Positions 44,445-57,222 of a stretch of 64,000 bases of DNA are shown in pieces. The notes below the pieces were generated by a model. It saw only the letters and a program-made list of their open reading frames with translations. It made no database searches and was not told where the DNA came from. Origin of the DNA: Neoechinorhynchus agilis (lineage: Eukaryota; Animalia; Acanthocephala); assembly GCA_051530055.1 (NCBI GenBank), contig CM121341.1, forward strand, positions 2,656,151 to 2,720,150. Direction: 5' to 3'. Every line of letters starts with the position of its first letter. The stretch's first letter is position 1. The translations under genes and the position numbers were made by a program.

Positions 44445-44675
44445 CTAATGCCATGCGAACCAGTCGCATAGTTAGCACATTTCATATTTTATGCATTTTT
44501 ATTGGATGTGAAATAATTTCTTGGCTTTTTCGTGAGTCTGAAATAACCCACAAGTAAATCGTGGACCACTTACGATTCATGCCAGTTCAAGCTTAAGCAC
44601 AGCCTTACGGCGCTGGTTGTTTCGTTAATCACAATGCTTTAAAATATCCACAGTCTATCATGTTAGTTCCAGTCT
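44445..44675. repeat. Dispersed ~230-bp repeat (second copy 61008-61252)
   Basis: atgccatgcgaaccagtcgcatag ... ttacgattcatgccagt ... tatcatgttagttccagt shared; roughly 85% identity. Confidence 0.8.
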
Positions 44676-45569
44676 CCGTAAAATGTTGAGAGATCATTTA
44701 TTACCTGCGCCGTTGCCACATTTTCCCGTCTTTGCGCTTACTTCAAGATTCGTCGCTAAGTCCAATGGTACCCTTTTGTCCGATCTCTTCTTTGTGAGAG
44801 CAAACTGGAGGCCTAAGTTCAACACTTCATTTTGCTCACTAGTAAACGACCTCTTCGTTTTGCTAATGAAGCCATTCGGTATTTTCCAATCCCTCCCTGA
44901 TCGATGCTGCTAATCTCTGTACGATATGTCCTTGAGTTTTCTGATTTTGCGATTTAAACATTCAACTTTCGCCACCTTTTCATTTGGCGAGCTTGACAAA
45001 GCATTTTAAATAGAAAATTAATCTTTTAGTATTCAAAAAATTACTCTATGAAAATATCATTCACGCCCCGCTCTGAATCGCCCAGCTGCGCGTATGCGCA
45101 GCCCTCGGATCGTCAATGATTCGTCTGAGTCTCTTCGACAATCGCATGATCTGGTCTCGAGCTGCGGTACCGAATCACTAGAGTAACTGGGCGCCGTTAA
45201 AACGGTTTTTGAGAAAGTTGATCTCGACCCATCATGAATTTTATGATAAAAAAATTAACAATAAGTGTTTGTTGTTTGCCTTCAAAACTCCAAACAATAA
45301 GAAAAACATATTTGTACAGAAAATGCTTGTAGTCTGAAACGAGTGTTACTTAAGAATATCTTGCATCCATCCCAAACTCCGACAGATTTATCGATAACGC
45401 CTAATGAATCCTACAAAGTTCAAAGCATTGAGTTTCGCAATTGCAATTTTGTTCCTTGCTACTTCAATTTTAAGTTGGATTTCAATATGCAGCCATCATC
45501 CATGTACGCGAGTTCCTAATACGAATTTCACCATTTTTCTTTTTCTCACAAAAGGCTTGTTGTTTTTAA

Positions 45570-46282
45570 TCACAAAAAATCACTACTACTTCTCGTTATT
45601 GTTACTGTATTGTTGTACTTCACGAATGATATATCCTCGGGCAAATCGTCTATATCAGCAATGAAATCCATGAGTTTATCGCGGCATTTTATCAAGTGGA
45701 TTCGCGCCAATGTCCTATGTCCGAGAAAAAGCTTAGAAATTTTAAATACATAGGAAAATAGCAGTGGTGGCCGTAGGACAAGACAGTATGACAAACGCTC
45801 TGGATAATGACTGCTTAACATATCGGCTGAGTATCGAATGATATTAAAATCGATATTTCTCCAGCCTATTCCATATACATGGAATAAAATACTAACACGT
45901 GAGCCTTTTTTTAACGCATTTTCGATCAAGACGATTATAAATTCCTTGAACTTTTCATCTTGTAGGTTGCCATCATGTTTCGAACATCTTACAAGGATTA
46001 TCGGATGTCCGCGATTGTCTCTTACATCGTTAAGAACCTCTGCTTCGTGCTCTTTAATGTAAGAAGGCGCTTTTGGATCTTTGCAATCCGGCAAAACCAA
46101 CTCGTGAGGTTTAATGACTTTCCTCCACTCGAAATCGCATCGGATGTTTTTTCTGCTTCTTGAATATTTCCATCTTGCGCCAAATAAAACCGTTCAATGG
46201 TATTTGCGGTTATATTGGGAATATCCTGCAGCGCCGCTTGTAGTTCAATCAAGTGCTCTTGTGATATCTTCTCCAGCTGCAT
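45570..46282 (-). CDS. CRAL-TRIO (Sec14-like) lipid-binding protein with a 1-nt frameshift
   Basis: IERFYLAQDGNIQEAEK..[fs]..FEWRK; RDNRGHPIILVR; HYPERLSYCLVLRPPLLFSYVFKISKLFL. Adding one A to the A6 run at 46147-46152 gives a single ORF. Confidence 0.85.
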
Positions 46283-46552
46283 TTTTTAAATTTGGTTTAG
46301 CATAATCGGTACTCGTTTATTTGCAGCTCTAAAAACTAAGATTTTGTTATTTAAAATAAAATTAAATAGCTAACGGTTCGGAGCTATCGTTCCAGACTTC
46401 GTTAATGTGCCGACCGAAACAAATACTTTTTATAATGACATAAAATGCTACTTACGATACCAATACAACTGCATGAACAAGAATATTCAATAACAAAATT
46501 GTATTTATTACTGGTTTCATATAAATGCAATTCCTAGTTAATATTATTTCAG

Positions 46553-47232
46553 CTATTTTTAGGCAATGAATTCATTCGTTTAATAAAGATACGATTAGAA
46601 TGTTCGAACCATCTAAAAGTAGGATCCAGGAATGCGACATCGTCTCTGCCACCGATTTATTTCCTTTTCATTGAAAGTACGTTTCCTTCTTGTTTCTTTT
46701 GTAAAATTCCTTTCGTTAGAAAGACTAATAGGAATAATGCTGGTTATGAGCGCAGGGGCTTTTCTCATGGCCGTGTCTCATTTTCTATGCCAAGGACGAG
46801 TTCGGATCTTGTGGCTGCAACTTTCTTCTGTTTTTGGACAAATCTATTGTAAGTGTCGCCTACTATTGTAAATATTCTTGATATTCGTCTTTAGTGACCT
46901 ATCAACTAATGGGAATCGGATCGTTTACTTTCTACATCAAAGAGAAGGACCATCGATTTTGCTACCCATTTTATTTGGCGATTGCAAGCTGCCTTTCGTC
47001 GATCTTATCCTTTATAGTATCTCAAACAGCGACGTATATTATCGGCACGAATATTCTCAGATTGTTTAATGATACGAATCTTGCAGTTAATCCATTCGCC
47101 AAGGTGAAAAAATCATCAGAAGAGTTTTCTTTGACGATTGTTCCTTCGCTGAAATATTTCCCAGATGAAGAAACCTTCCAAGTTAATGAATTAGGATACC
47201 ATTCTGATACGAATAAAACGGATCCGCTTTAG
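46553..47232 (+). CDS. Multi-pass membrane protein, partial model join(46553-46676, 46720-46848, 46895-47232)
   Basis: GTACGT...TTAG (43 bp) and GTAAGT...TTTAG (46 bp) introns join three exons in frame. Several hydrophobic segments; start codon not located. Confidence 0.55.
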
Positions 47233-47619
47233 TCGGAGAGGTCGATAGATCCGACACTACCAGGCCCTAATTAAGGAAAATTAATTATTATTTACTCAAT
47301 AAATCAGTTAACCTTTATGCCAAGTCAGCTCAGTGCTGATTTTAGGGTTAGGAGATGAAAAGTAAAACTACGAAATTCGATATTCTGAAGTATTCGATTT
47401 CAATGTGCATCAACCGCTGTTTTAATATTAAGTTCAACAAATGATTTAAGGAACCGAGCACTGCACGAGATCGCGGGATCGGTGGGTCCGGGAAATCTTC
47501 AGCGGAAATTTTTAACATGTCCCCGTGTTGCACTGGAATGAAACTGATGACCGTTTTATGAACAAGTTGATCGTTATAATCAAATCTTGTATTTCTCGTA
47601 AACCATGAAAAGTCGTGAC

Positions 47620-48260
47620 GTAAAAAAATTGAATTGCGTTTCTTTCGCTTTTACACGGCTTTCGCTTTCAGTGTCGAATCGACCGCGAACTTTGCTTCGG
47701 AACTTTTGAGATGCGACTTCGTGCTCTTTTTCTGAATGATTTCAAACGAGCCCGGGCGTATCGGCGTCTTAAGTTGAAAAATTTTCGCTGAGGTTTTTCG
47801 CCTTTGTAGAGCGGCTATTTGCGCTTAATATTTTAACTATTCGATTTTTAGGAATTTCGATACTTTATGAAGAGGTCCTTTTGACATCGCAATTTTGAGC
47901 CCTTTTGGACTTTGGCTTATTTCCCAAAGGACTTTTATTACTTTCGCATTAATCCTCAGTTTACAGAGCTGGCCGCTTTTAATAGCAGACTTTTTCTTGT
48001 TGTAATGAATCTCAACTGTAATTTCGGTTACTATCGCAGCGCTTAGTTGCTCCAAATTTTAATCCTAAATCAACCTTAAGTTACACATTAAACCTTGGAT
48101 CAAATGTTGATATCCAAACTTCAGCACCCGCCGATCCAAGTTGATTCAACTGCTGGCGATTTATAAATCCCGCACCTCGAAGACCGGAAAATAATCGTTG
48201 CTCATCGCTAAGATACTTGCTCAGGCGGGGCATGCCGACGAAACTGTTTCTTGTGGCCAT
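47620..48260. repeat. Diverged third copy of the 29.1/53.8-kb repeat (MITE-like piece plus R2-like tail)
   Basis: aatagcagactttttcttgttgtaatgaatctcaactg... to ...ctcatcgctaagatact is shared with 29530-29770. Confidence 0.8.
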
Positions 48261-48754
48261 CAATCACCAGTGTGAAACTTTGACGTAATAATTTTGGCAT
48301 TTATAGAACTTTGCCACGGTAGAAATATCGTCACAGAAAGATTTGAAGCCTTTTACGTTACCTCTCAAGTAAGTGCCTCAGTTGGCCGAGATGTCAAATA
48401 ATCTCACCAATCTTACCGTTAACATCCCTATTCGGCACCTTTCTCCTCGTCTATGAATCTAATATCGGCTGTTCGCTACAGCTTTCCATTGATTGAATTG
48501 CCGAAACGGAACATACGTCCGTCATAATTGTTGGCCCTATCAATGAGAGATGTGAATTATAATCAATGAGCCCCATGAATCTAAAAAATTTGGCTGTCAT
48601 GACACCAAGCGACTGAACTGCTAGTTGGACACCAATTGCTTCAGCGTCCGAATCCTTGCACTTAAGCGACGCCACCAATTCAAATAATCCCCCGGAACTC
48701 GTAGAAGCTCGATGTGGTTCAACGGCGTTCAATTCAATTTTTATTTTCGGAGCT

Positions 48755-50195
48755 ATAAGATGAAAAATCTGACGAATTACAAAACTTAAACTGCGATGCC
48801 CGTCGACGCGGCCACTCATTGTATGCCTTTTAGCTCAGAAGCACTCCGCTGGCGCTAAATCAGTAATCTTAGTACTACGTTCACTTCGAAAATTGGCCGA
48901 ACATCAAATTTTATAAAAAAATTGAAATAAATTTGAAAAGGGCAATGTCATGATAAGCGAAGCGACAAACTCAGAAGATTGATCGTTTTAACATCCAAAT
49001 TACTTTCTAGAAATAGATTTTATAACCGTTTAAGTCCCAAAGGAACGAAATCACTTAAAGCATCGAACAAAGAAACTCCAGTGCTCCACATTAAGCACCC
49101 GACGACTAGTGTAGGAGCACTGGAAACGCCCAAGATGCAGCGTAACAGAATAATTTTATGCGCAAGGCAAGCTGTATTTATAACCGAATAACTCAATAAA
49201 AAATGTTGCCTATCGTTCTCGTTTAGCTCGTTTCATGTGATATAGTAATGACACTTAATTCCTTCGATCGGTATACTCTCAATTTCGAAGCAACTTATAG
49301 CTTACCATATATCGTAACCATTATATTTCTACGCACCCTCCAAATCGCGTTTTTATCCGATATAAAAGTTCGGCACGATTTTAGTTATTTTGGGTGTGCT
49401 GGATGGTCGTGGCGGTTACCCAACAGTTTGGTTCTGTGCGTTTTCTGAAGAGACTCATTTGTTTGACTTTACATTGTGGTGTTACAAGTAATTGTATTCT
49501 TTTTAGTTCGTCCAGGATATGAATTCCAACTGGTAACGCCATCAACATCCAGCACACCCAAAATAACTAAAATCGTGTCGAATTTTCACATCGGGTCGAA
49601 ACGCGATTTGGACTGTGTGAAGAAATTTAATAGTTACGAAATACAGTCAGTTATAAGTTGCTGCGGAATTGCGAGTATACCGATGAAAGAGTCGAGCGTC
49701 ATTATTTGTTCACAAAAAACGAAATGAATAAGAACGTCGGGCAGCATTTTTAATTGAGCAATTCGATTATACACACAGTTCGCCTCTCGCATAAGAGGGT
49801 TCTGTTGCACTGCATCTTAGGCGTTTCCAGTGCTCCTACAATCGTCGTCGGGTGCTTAATGTGGAGACTGGAGTTTCTTTATACGATGCTCCAAGTGGCT
49901 TCGTTTATTTTGGACTTAAATGATTATTCAAGGTATTTTTAGAAAGTTATTAGGATGTTGAAAAGATCGATCTTATTTTGTCGCTTCACCTGTTAAGAGA
50001 TTGGCTTTTTCAAATTTATTTCAATTTTTTAATAAAATTTCATGTTCGGCCAATTCGTGAAGTGAACGCAATACGTCGATTACTGATTTAGCGCAAACGA
50101 AGTGATTTTGAGGTGAAAGGCATGCAATGAGTGACCGCGTCGACGGGCATTGCAGTTCAAGTTTTGCAATTTATCAGATTTTTCATCTTATATTT
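48755..50195. repeat. ~400-bp diverged inverted repeat pair (48755-49150 / 49795-50195)
   Basis: Arms are reverse complements at about 80% identity (e.g. ccacattaagcacccgacgac / gtcgtcgggtgcttaatgtgg) with a ~650-bp spacer; a third copy lies at 61945-62365. Confidence 0.82.
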
Positions 50196-51605
50196 GACCA
50201 GGATGAAATTACACCTGTCAAATGGTCTGCTGTGATTGCTTCCAAAATTAGGTGACTTCAGGGCTTAGAATTTAAGAAATGCGGTAATAAGGTGACTTTG
50301 TTCACAAATGCCGCAAAGCAAAATGGTAAACGGCTTAAGGAAATAGTTTCGCTAAAGCCCTTTTACATTAATCGGAACTGTTCAAGTTCAACAGAAGTGT
50401 TACAAGGATCCATTAACAACCGCTGATCACGGGTTAACGAGATACCAATAGGAACGCAATTCGATACGGGAGCAGATGTCAGTTATACTCTGCAGATCGA
50501 TTTGGAAATCTACCGGGAAGCCTAAATTAAGAAAGAGAACGATTTTAACCAGCTTCGGTGGATCCAAATTGTTGGTATAAAAGAATGCCATGGTTTGTTA
50601 CAGTGGCATTAACGCAATCGAATCCCACTGGCGGATGATGCTTAAACGAGTAATACAGCTCCCCACTTTTTTAACAATGGCGCAATCTTGCGGTTTTATC
50701 AAAAGGGGCCTCGGATTTCGCTCGATAAAACATTCAGTTGTAAACTTCCGCCGTTTCGCTGGTTGTAAATTAATCTAATCAACAGTTAATTAACTATGTT
50801 TATCAGGCTCTGGAGAAGCAAAACTCCGAAATATTAGTCAATAATAACTTTGTTTCAGCCGTTTTAATTGCTTAAATAAGAACAATCGAAAAGATAACAT
50901 GCGGTTGAGAAGTAAATTCACAATCCACGAACTCACTAAGACGAGTATCAAATCTCGGAAAATATGTCGGGAGCACTTCGAGTTCAAGGAAACTGTGGAT
51001 CACATTCCATCTCATGTGTTTGGTTATCTGTAAGATACCAAACAAGTCTTTATGGACGAATTAGAACACGGTTGAAAAGCGGCTCCAATTCAAGCGCTGG
51101 GAATTGATGCTGTTCCCTCAGGTGTGATAGAGATGTCAACGTTTTCACTTTCACGATTGCCATTTTCATTAAGAAAATTTTCGCGATTCAAATAAATGTC
51201 GAAGACCCTATTCTTTCATAAACTGTGAATTTTCAACTAGAGCTACCCGTTTTCTATTTTTTTACGATAGCCAAAAATTAAATTATAGGCACACTTCTGT
51301 CATTTTTACCTTCATTAGAATTTGAAATCGGCAATATAAGTAGTTGAGATATCTTTTTTAATTCAAAATTCAAAACGTTTTGCCGAAATTTATTTCAAGT
51401 TTTAAAGAGTGACAGAAAACACAAAAATTAGCTACGAACAACAACTTTACAAAAAGAACTTAAACGGGTAGGATCAGGCAGAAAGCTGGGCGGAATTAAA
51501 TCTTGGAAATGCAGCAAACAAAAATAGCCGAGACCTGTAGCTGGATTGAAAAAGTAAACAATTAAAAAAGAGGAAACCAAAAAAGCCAAAAAAGGCCAAA
51601 AAAAC
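49762..51605. repeat. 1.85-kb direct duplication, copy 1 (copy 2 at 61946-63787), containing a decayed Gypsy gag-protease
   Basis: Colinear match; FDTGADVS and WKSTGKPKLRKRTILTSFGGSK are readable in both copies. Confidence 0.92.
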
Positions 51606-51779
51606 TTAGGCGAAATCAAATCTTGAGAGAGACGTTTTGCTCAATGGGCTAAGACAACATTCAATAAAGTACAAAGCTTCGATTGGATCCTACAAAGCAG
51701 AGTTGTATGCAAGGTCTGTCCGATTTTAATGGCTCTTGCAAATTTAGTGATCTTTCACTGTTATGACTTTTGACGAAAT

Positions 51780-52460
51780 ATAACAGTGAGATTTCCGACG
51801 TTAATAATATAGCTGTCGTTTATCGATTATATTCAATTAGTTCATCTCAACGCGCTGCCCATCTCAGCATCCTCATTTCGTTCGTTTCTAATCTTATGAG
51901 GTCATTTTGCTTGATCGTCCACGTTTCGGCTTCATATGACATGGCTGGTCGCAGAACGCTGTCGGACACCCACTCTTTCAGTTTCGGTGAGACCCTATTG
52001 TCGCATAGTACACTAGTCATCTTTCACCAGTTATTTCGGGTTCGACGGAATTTGTCATATTTACTTCGCTGCCGAGATATTTCACTGTTCTTCTCATCAT
52101 CAAATTCACACCTTCTAACTTTAACGCTTCCGGTCCCATGCATATGGTCTTCAACCAGTTTACCTTAAGATCGTTAGTTCCCAAAACCTTAAGTCACCCT
52201 TCCAGACTTCGCTGAGCCTCTTCACGTGCTTCAGCTGTCACAATCAAGTCACCCGCGAACAATAGCGCCCATGGAGGCTTTCGGGCGATTTGCTCAGTAT
52301 TCAAGACATCCGTGGTCATGACGAATATCAACGGGCTGAGGGCTGATCCCTGATGCAATCCAACTATAACCTCAAAATAGTTCTGGCACAAGTGCAGGAT
52401 CTTTCGGCACGCCCATATTAGATCTCTCGGCACTGTATCATAGGCTTTCTCGAGGTCCAC
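51780..52460 (-). mobile_element. RTE-clade LINE remnant
   Basis: DLEKAYDTVPR; GLHQGSALSPLIF; VLRPAMSYEAETW; RLETNEMRMLRW. Confidence 0.78.
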
Positions 52461-52479
52461 GGATGTTGGACTACAACGA

Positions 52480-53350
52480 TTTCAATGTCCAACCATCCGC
52501 CCTAACAACGTTTTATAAATGCCAAAATTATTATGTTAAAGCTTCGGATTGGTGTTATTAGGTCACAGGAAACAGTTAAATGGTTGAATTCCTTTCTCAA
52601 CAATAGATTACAATTTATGGAAATAGACAGTTTCGCCTCGAGCATCTTGGCAATCAACATGGGTTCCCTAAGGAGCTGTTCTCTCCCTCATTCTTTTCAA
52701 CATTTTTTTCCTGAATGATCCTTTCCCATCCTCTTCTAATTCTAAATACTTCTTGTATGCTGATGGTCCTACAATCATTACGCATGCACCGGCTCCCTTG
52801 TCACTCTCAATTACTCCTAACGAGATTTCTAGCGTACATGCCTTTTTGCTCCTCTAAATGTCTAAAGCTTAACTTAACCAAGTGCTTCAAAATTGTCCCC
52901 TCAACCTCAAATAGCCCTTCCGATCAACCACTACTTCATTCTGTTCGTATCCTTGGTATCAATTTTCAAGAAAATCTAAAGTAATTTCATTGCATAAAGG
53001 TTCTATTAAACTCTATATACTTAAACGCGACCAACGTTTTTGCAACTTTTCTTCTTACCTTTTCCAAAAACCTTTCAAAAGCACTCAAGGCGCCTTCATT
53101 TTCCTCCGCCTCAATTTTTACCACACATTTCTCCTTTTACTCACACTTGCAACACTCCCCCAATATTTTCTATCCTTAAGTTCCTCGCACAAATCTCTAC
53201 CTCTGCTCTGTCTTCCCCACTGCTCAATCTTCCAAATGCGAATTGATTCGGAGGAAATAACAGAAGGCAACAAATAACAATTAACCAACCAAAATCAAAT
53301 AAACCAAAATCAACCGACATACCAAAAACAATTTCTACCAACCATTGGCC
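52480..53350 (+). mobile_element. CR1/Jockey-like LINE RT remnant
   Basis: VKWLNSFLNNRLQFMEIDS; yADGP; VRILGINFQENLK; many stops and frameshifts. Confidence 0.55.
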
Positions 53351-53834
53351 ATAGTCAACTTACCTAAGAAAAATTCTTCGAATCTCAACGAATCCTAAAG
53401 TAGTCCGAAATCAATCTATTGCAACATTGGGTAGTTCATGAGGACTCCTTCTGCGAACTTCGAGTGCTCACGAGGACCCAAAGATACACGGATCCTTTTC
53501 TTTGTTAATTATCAAATTTAGTTGGCTTCAGGATTAAAATTTGAAGCAACTAATAGCCGATATATTGATCGAAATTACGGTTGGGATTCACAACAAGAAA
53601 ATGTCTGTTATCAAACGCGGCCAGCAGCGTAAACTAAAGAGAAATTCGAAAAGTAATAAAAGTCGTTTGGGAAATAAGCTAAAATCTAAATAGATCAAAG
53701 TACGCCCGAGCTCGTTTGAAATCATTCGGAAAAAGAGCTCAGAGACGCGGTTTTCAAATTTTCGAAACAAAGTGCGCTGTGGATTCGACGCTGAGAGCGA
53801 AAAACCGTGTAAAAACGAAGCGCGCTTGCTCTGA

Positions 53835-54912
53835 TGGACTACATCGAGGCGTAAACTTTTTGAGATTTATACAACGAAGTTGAAGAGTCAAAATCTATAA
53901 AGTTTGCACCAAAAAATGACGATCGACGTTAAAAAATTATAAGCGCGTTTCTTTCGTTTTTTCGTGGTTTTTCGCTTTCAGCGTCGAATCGACGGCGCAC
54001 GTTGTTTCGGAATTTTGGAGATGCGTCTTCGTGCTCTTCTCGTGAATTATTTCAAACGAGCTCGGGCGAATCGATTTCTCAAGCTAAGGATGTAAGTAAA
54101 TTCCTAAAAGTTCAATTGGATTTTCACTAACGTTTTGACGATTCTCCTTAACTGAGCGGATATTAACGCTTAATATTTTTAATTTTATAATTTTTCAGAA
54201 TTACGATACTTTATGAACGAGAAGTCCTTTTGACATTGCAATCGTGGACCATTTGGACTTTGGCTTATAATAGCAGACTTTTTCTTGTTGTAATGAATCT
54301 CAACTGTAATTTCGGTTACTATCGCAGCGCTTAGTTGCTCCAAATTTTAATCCTAAATCAACCTTAAGTTACACATTAAACCTTGGATCAAGTGTTGATA
54401 GCCAAACTTCAGCACCCGCCGATCCAAGTTGATTCAACTGCCGGCGATTTATAAATCCCGCACCTCGAAGACCGGAAAATAAGCTTTGCTCATCGCTAAG
54501 ATACTGATCAAGGCGGGACATTCAAACGTAACTGAATTCCCTTGAAGGCTTTCTAATGCAACAGCAGTATCTTTCAATATTCCCCATGGTATCAACAAAC
54601 TTTGCAGCGTTCGTCTTTATTATACAGACCAATTGAAACTGGTCCCTTATTTGCGGGAACTTGAAATGATGTCAGAATTAAAAGCAGGCCTGCCATGGAC
54701 TGCTTTCAAAGGTATCTGTATGACCAATGGTAATTTTGGCGCCGCCTGTATCACCCACCAGCTGAAACTAGTTGATTCCCCATGAAAACGAAGTTTTTAA
54801 AATGTTGAATCTTAGAAGACAACCTCAAATGTGCCCAAAATGTTAATTTCAATAAATTTAACATCCATTGTCCTTAATTAAATCTATGCTTGCATTCAAG
54901 GATTTCCTTCCT
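53835..54912. repeat. Direct duplication of 29099-30022, preceded by a diverged inverted MITE-like arm (53700-53830)
   Basis: See the 29099 feature; 53700-53830 is about 75% identical to the reverse complement of 53942-54070. Confidence 0.9.
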
Positions 54913-55099
54913 TGTCGTTAGTTTTTTCCTCCAACTTTTAAATTTGAATGATAATGTTTTTCCCGTGCAACACCTTCGCTATTTAATCTCGAACGGCTTT
55001 CCAACGTCACTAGTGAACTCTCCATTAATATATGATAACCTGAGTATCGGTTTTCGGCCACATTGATTCCGTGATCGTTTCATTTCTCATCGTTATCAT

Positions 55100-56660
55100 C
55101 GGTTAACTGATGCATTTGCAAGAAATCGGGCGTCGACAGAAGCATGGGCAAACACTCCGTCTAATCGTGAGGATACGGTCGCCATTAGAGAGTACAGACG
55201 AGAGACTAATCCTTTCCCAAGTTCTTGTATCGCCATGTTTATACGGAGATCAATCATCTGCGAGATCTTAGCCAAAAATTCGCAAAGCTTTCCATCAATA
55301 ACATCTTGGTTCGATAACGTTCGCTCAGGGCGGTATTCTTTCATTGGCGGGGGCCGATAAATGGACTACTTGTTTTGTGGGTGCCTGGCGCACGATGCTT
55401 TCATTTTTCTTAGCAGAAGGTTTCGTTCGAACCCATTGGAGGTATTGTTTGAAGACCGAACATGTTTTCGAAAAAGGCACAGTACCCTGTCTGTTTACAG
55501 TTTGAGCAACATTTCGTGTCCCTCGGGCAATCCGATCAGTGATGGTTGCGCGCACAATATGCGCAGACAATCTTTTTTGTAAGGCATCGTTGAGACCAAT
55601 GACCCCAGGATTGACAAATGCTGCAACGTGGAACTGTGAAGTCGTCCAGTTTCCATATTTCGTTCATAGCGAGTTTAACTTCCATTCCTCGGAAACCGTA
55701 TCGCTCACATATTAAGGCATCTCTCCGATCGACCGGAGCTTTGACTACCGCTCTGAGAAAACTGGACTTGACGCATTGTTCTCCATTGCTATATTCATCG
55801 TCCAACTGTTCATCGGAATCTTCTTCATGTCTCGTCGGCAGCGAATTCAATTAGAAAATTTATCTACTTACGGGAGAAACGAGCCGTTAAAAGAAAACAA
55901 TGATGCAGAAGATCCGCTCCGTGGAGAAAGGAATGACAGAATCGCTAGAATAAAGATAAACGAGCCTATAAACTAGGTCTCGAATCTAAGTCGATCAATT
56001 CAGTCTGGAATTCATGGGCCATATCGGGCCTTGTCTTCTTCTCTAGAGGCAGATCCCAGAACAACGCATGCAATTCCTCGATGCCTTTCTCATCGCCTTA
56101 CATAAGTTTCCCTACCCCTTCGGTCAGCACCTCTCCTGGCCCGCGTCAAAAACGTTAAAATGGTTGGACGTGTAAGTGGCTAACCAGATAATGACTATGT
56201 CTCACAACAAATTATTCGCCTGCCTTCTTCGAATATATCAGTTTACTTTAGTACTCGGGCATAGCGGACCCGTGAATTCGAGCTAAAAGGCCTAACACTC
56301 AGTGTGTATGTATTTTTTAGACAAGACTGAAGAGGTGAACGCAACGTTCACGAAATATTTTTAATAATAATTATGTCAATGCAAACTTATCCGGGGTAAC
56401 TAGTCGCCAAAAAGAATTAGATTTTATGCAAATAACGTGAGGTTTCTTTTCGTAGATGGTGCCTCCAAGAAGACGTGTTCCTCGGATGAGCTGGTTGGAT
56501 TTTTTTAACTTGGAGAGCAATATCTTTTTTGTTGATGAAGATATAGGTATCTTTAGTGAATTGTGTGGCCGTATGCCACCCTCCTCTAACGCCTGAACGT
56601 TAGATGACATTTTTTGGCGACCGTGATGTAGGTTTTTAAACTTTATTTCTGGTCGCACTA
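55100..56660 (-). mobile_element. LINE gag remnant
   Basis: Knuckles RCSICQSWGHWSQRC and CAYCARNH; gag-like upstream frame at 56371-56658. Confidence 0.55.
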
Positions 56661-57222
56661 AATAATCGATTTGAGGGTCAAAGCGAAAGCTGCACTGACA
56701 TCGACGGCACTGACTTTGTGGAGAAGGACACCGCTAAATGTATAAAAAAATCAGAGAAGCTTTTCAAGAAGACAAAATAAATCGAGTCGATTTTGATATG
56801 AAAAAATTAGCAAAAAAACGCGAGAAAGGAAACTTTTAAAATGGTAAGGAATCATTTCTTTTAGCAAAATTTAAGATCTCTCATCTTAACAGTTGGCGTT
56901 TAAGATACTCAATGAAACCAGCCTAATGGACGAATTCGATCTAGACGAAAACAAACTTTATTCTTTCTTAAAGAACCCCAAATGACCTAGAAAAATAGTT
57001 GTCATTCCTTTCTCCACGGAGCGGATCTTCTGCATCATTGTTTTCTTTTAACGGCTCGTTTCTCCAGTAAGTAGATAAATTTTCTAATTGAATTCGCTGT
57101 CAACGAGACATGAAGAAGATTCCGATGAACAGTTGGACGATGAATATAGCAATGGAGAACAATGCGTCAAGTCCAGTTTTCTCAGAGCGGTAGTCAAAGC
57201 TCCGGTCGATCGGAGAGATGCC
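55716..57222. repeat. 223-bp near-identical inverted repeat (55716-55938 / 57000-57222)
   Basis: Direct reverse-complement match with about 4 mismatches; spacer ~1060 bp. Confidence 0.92.
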
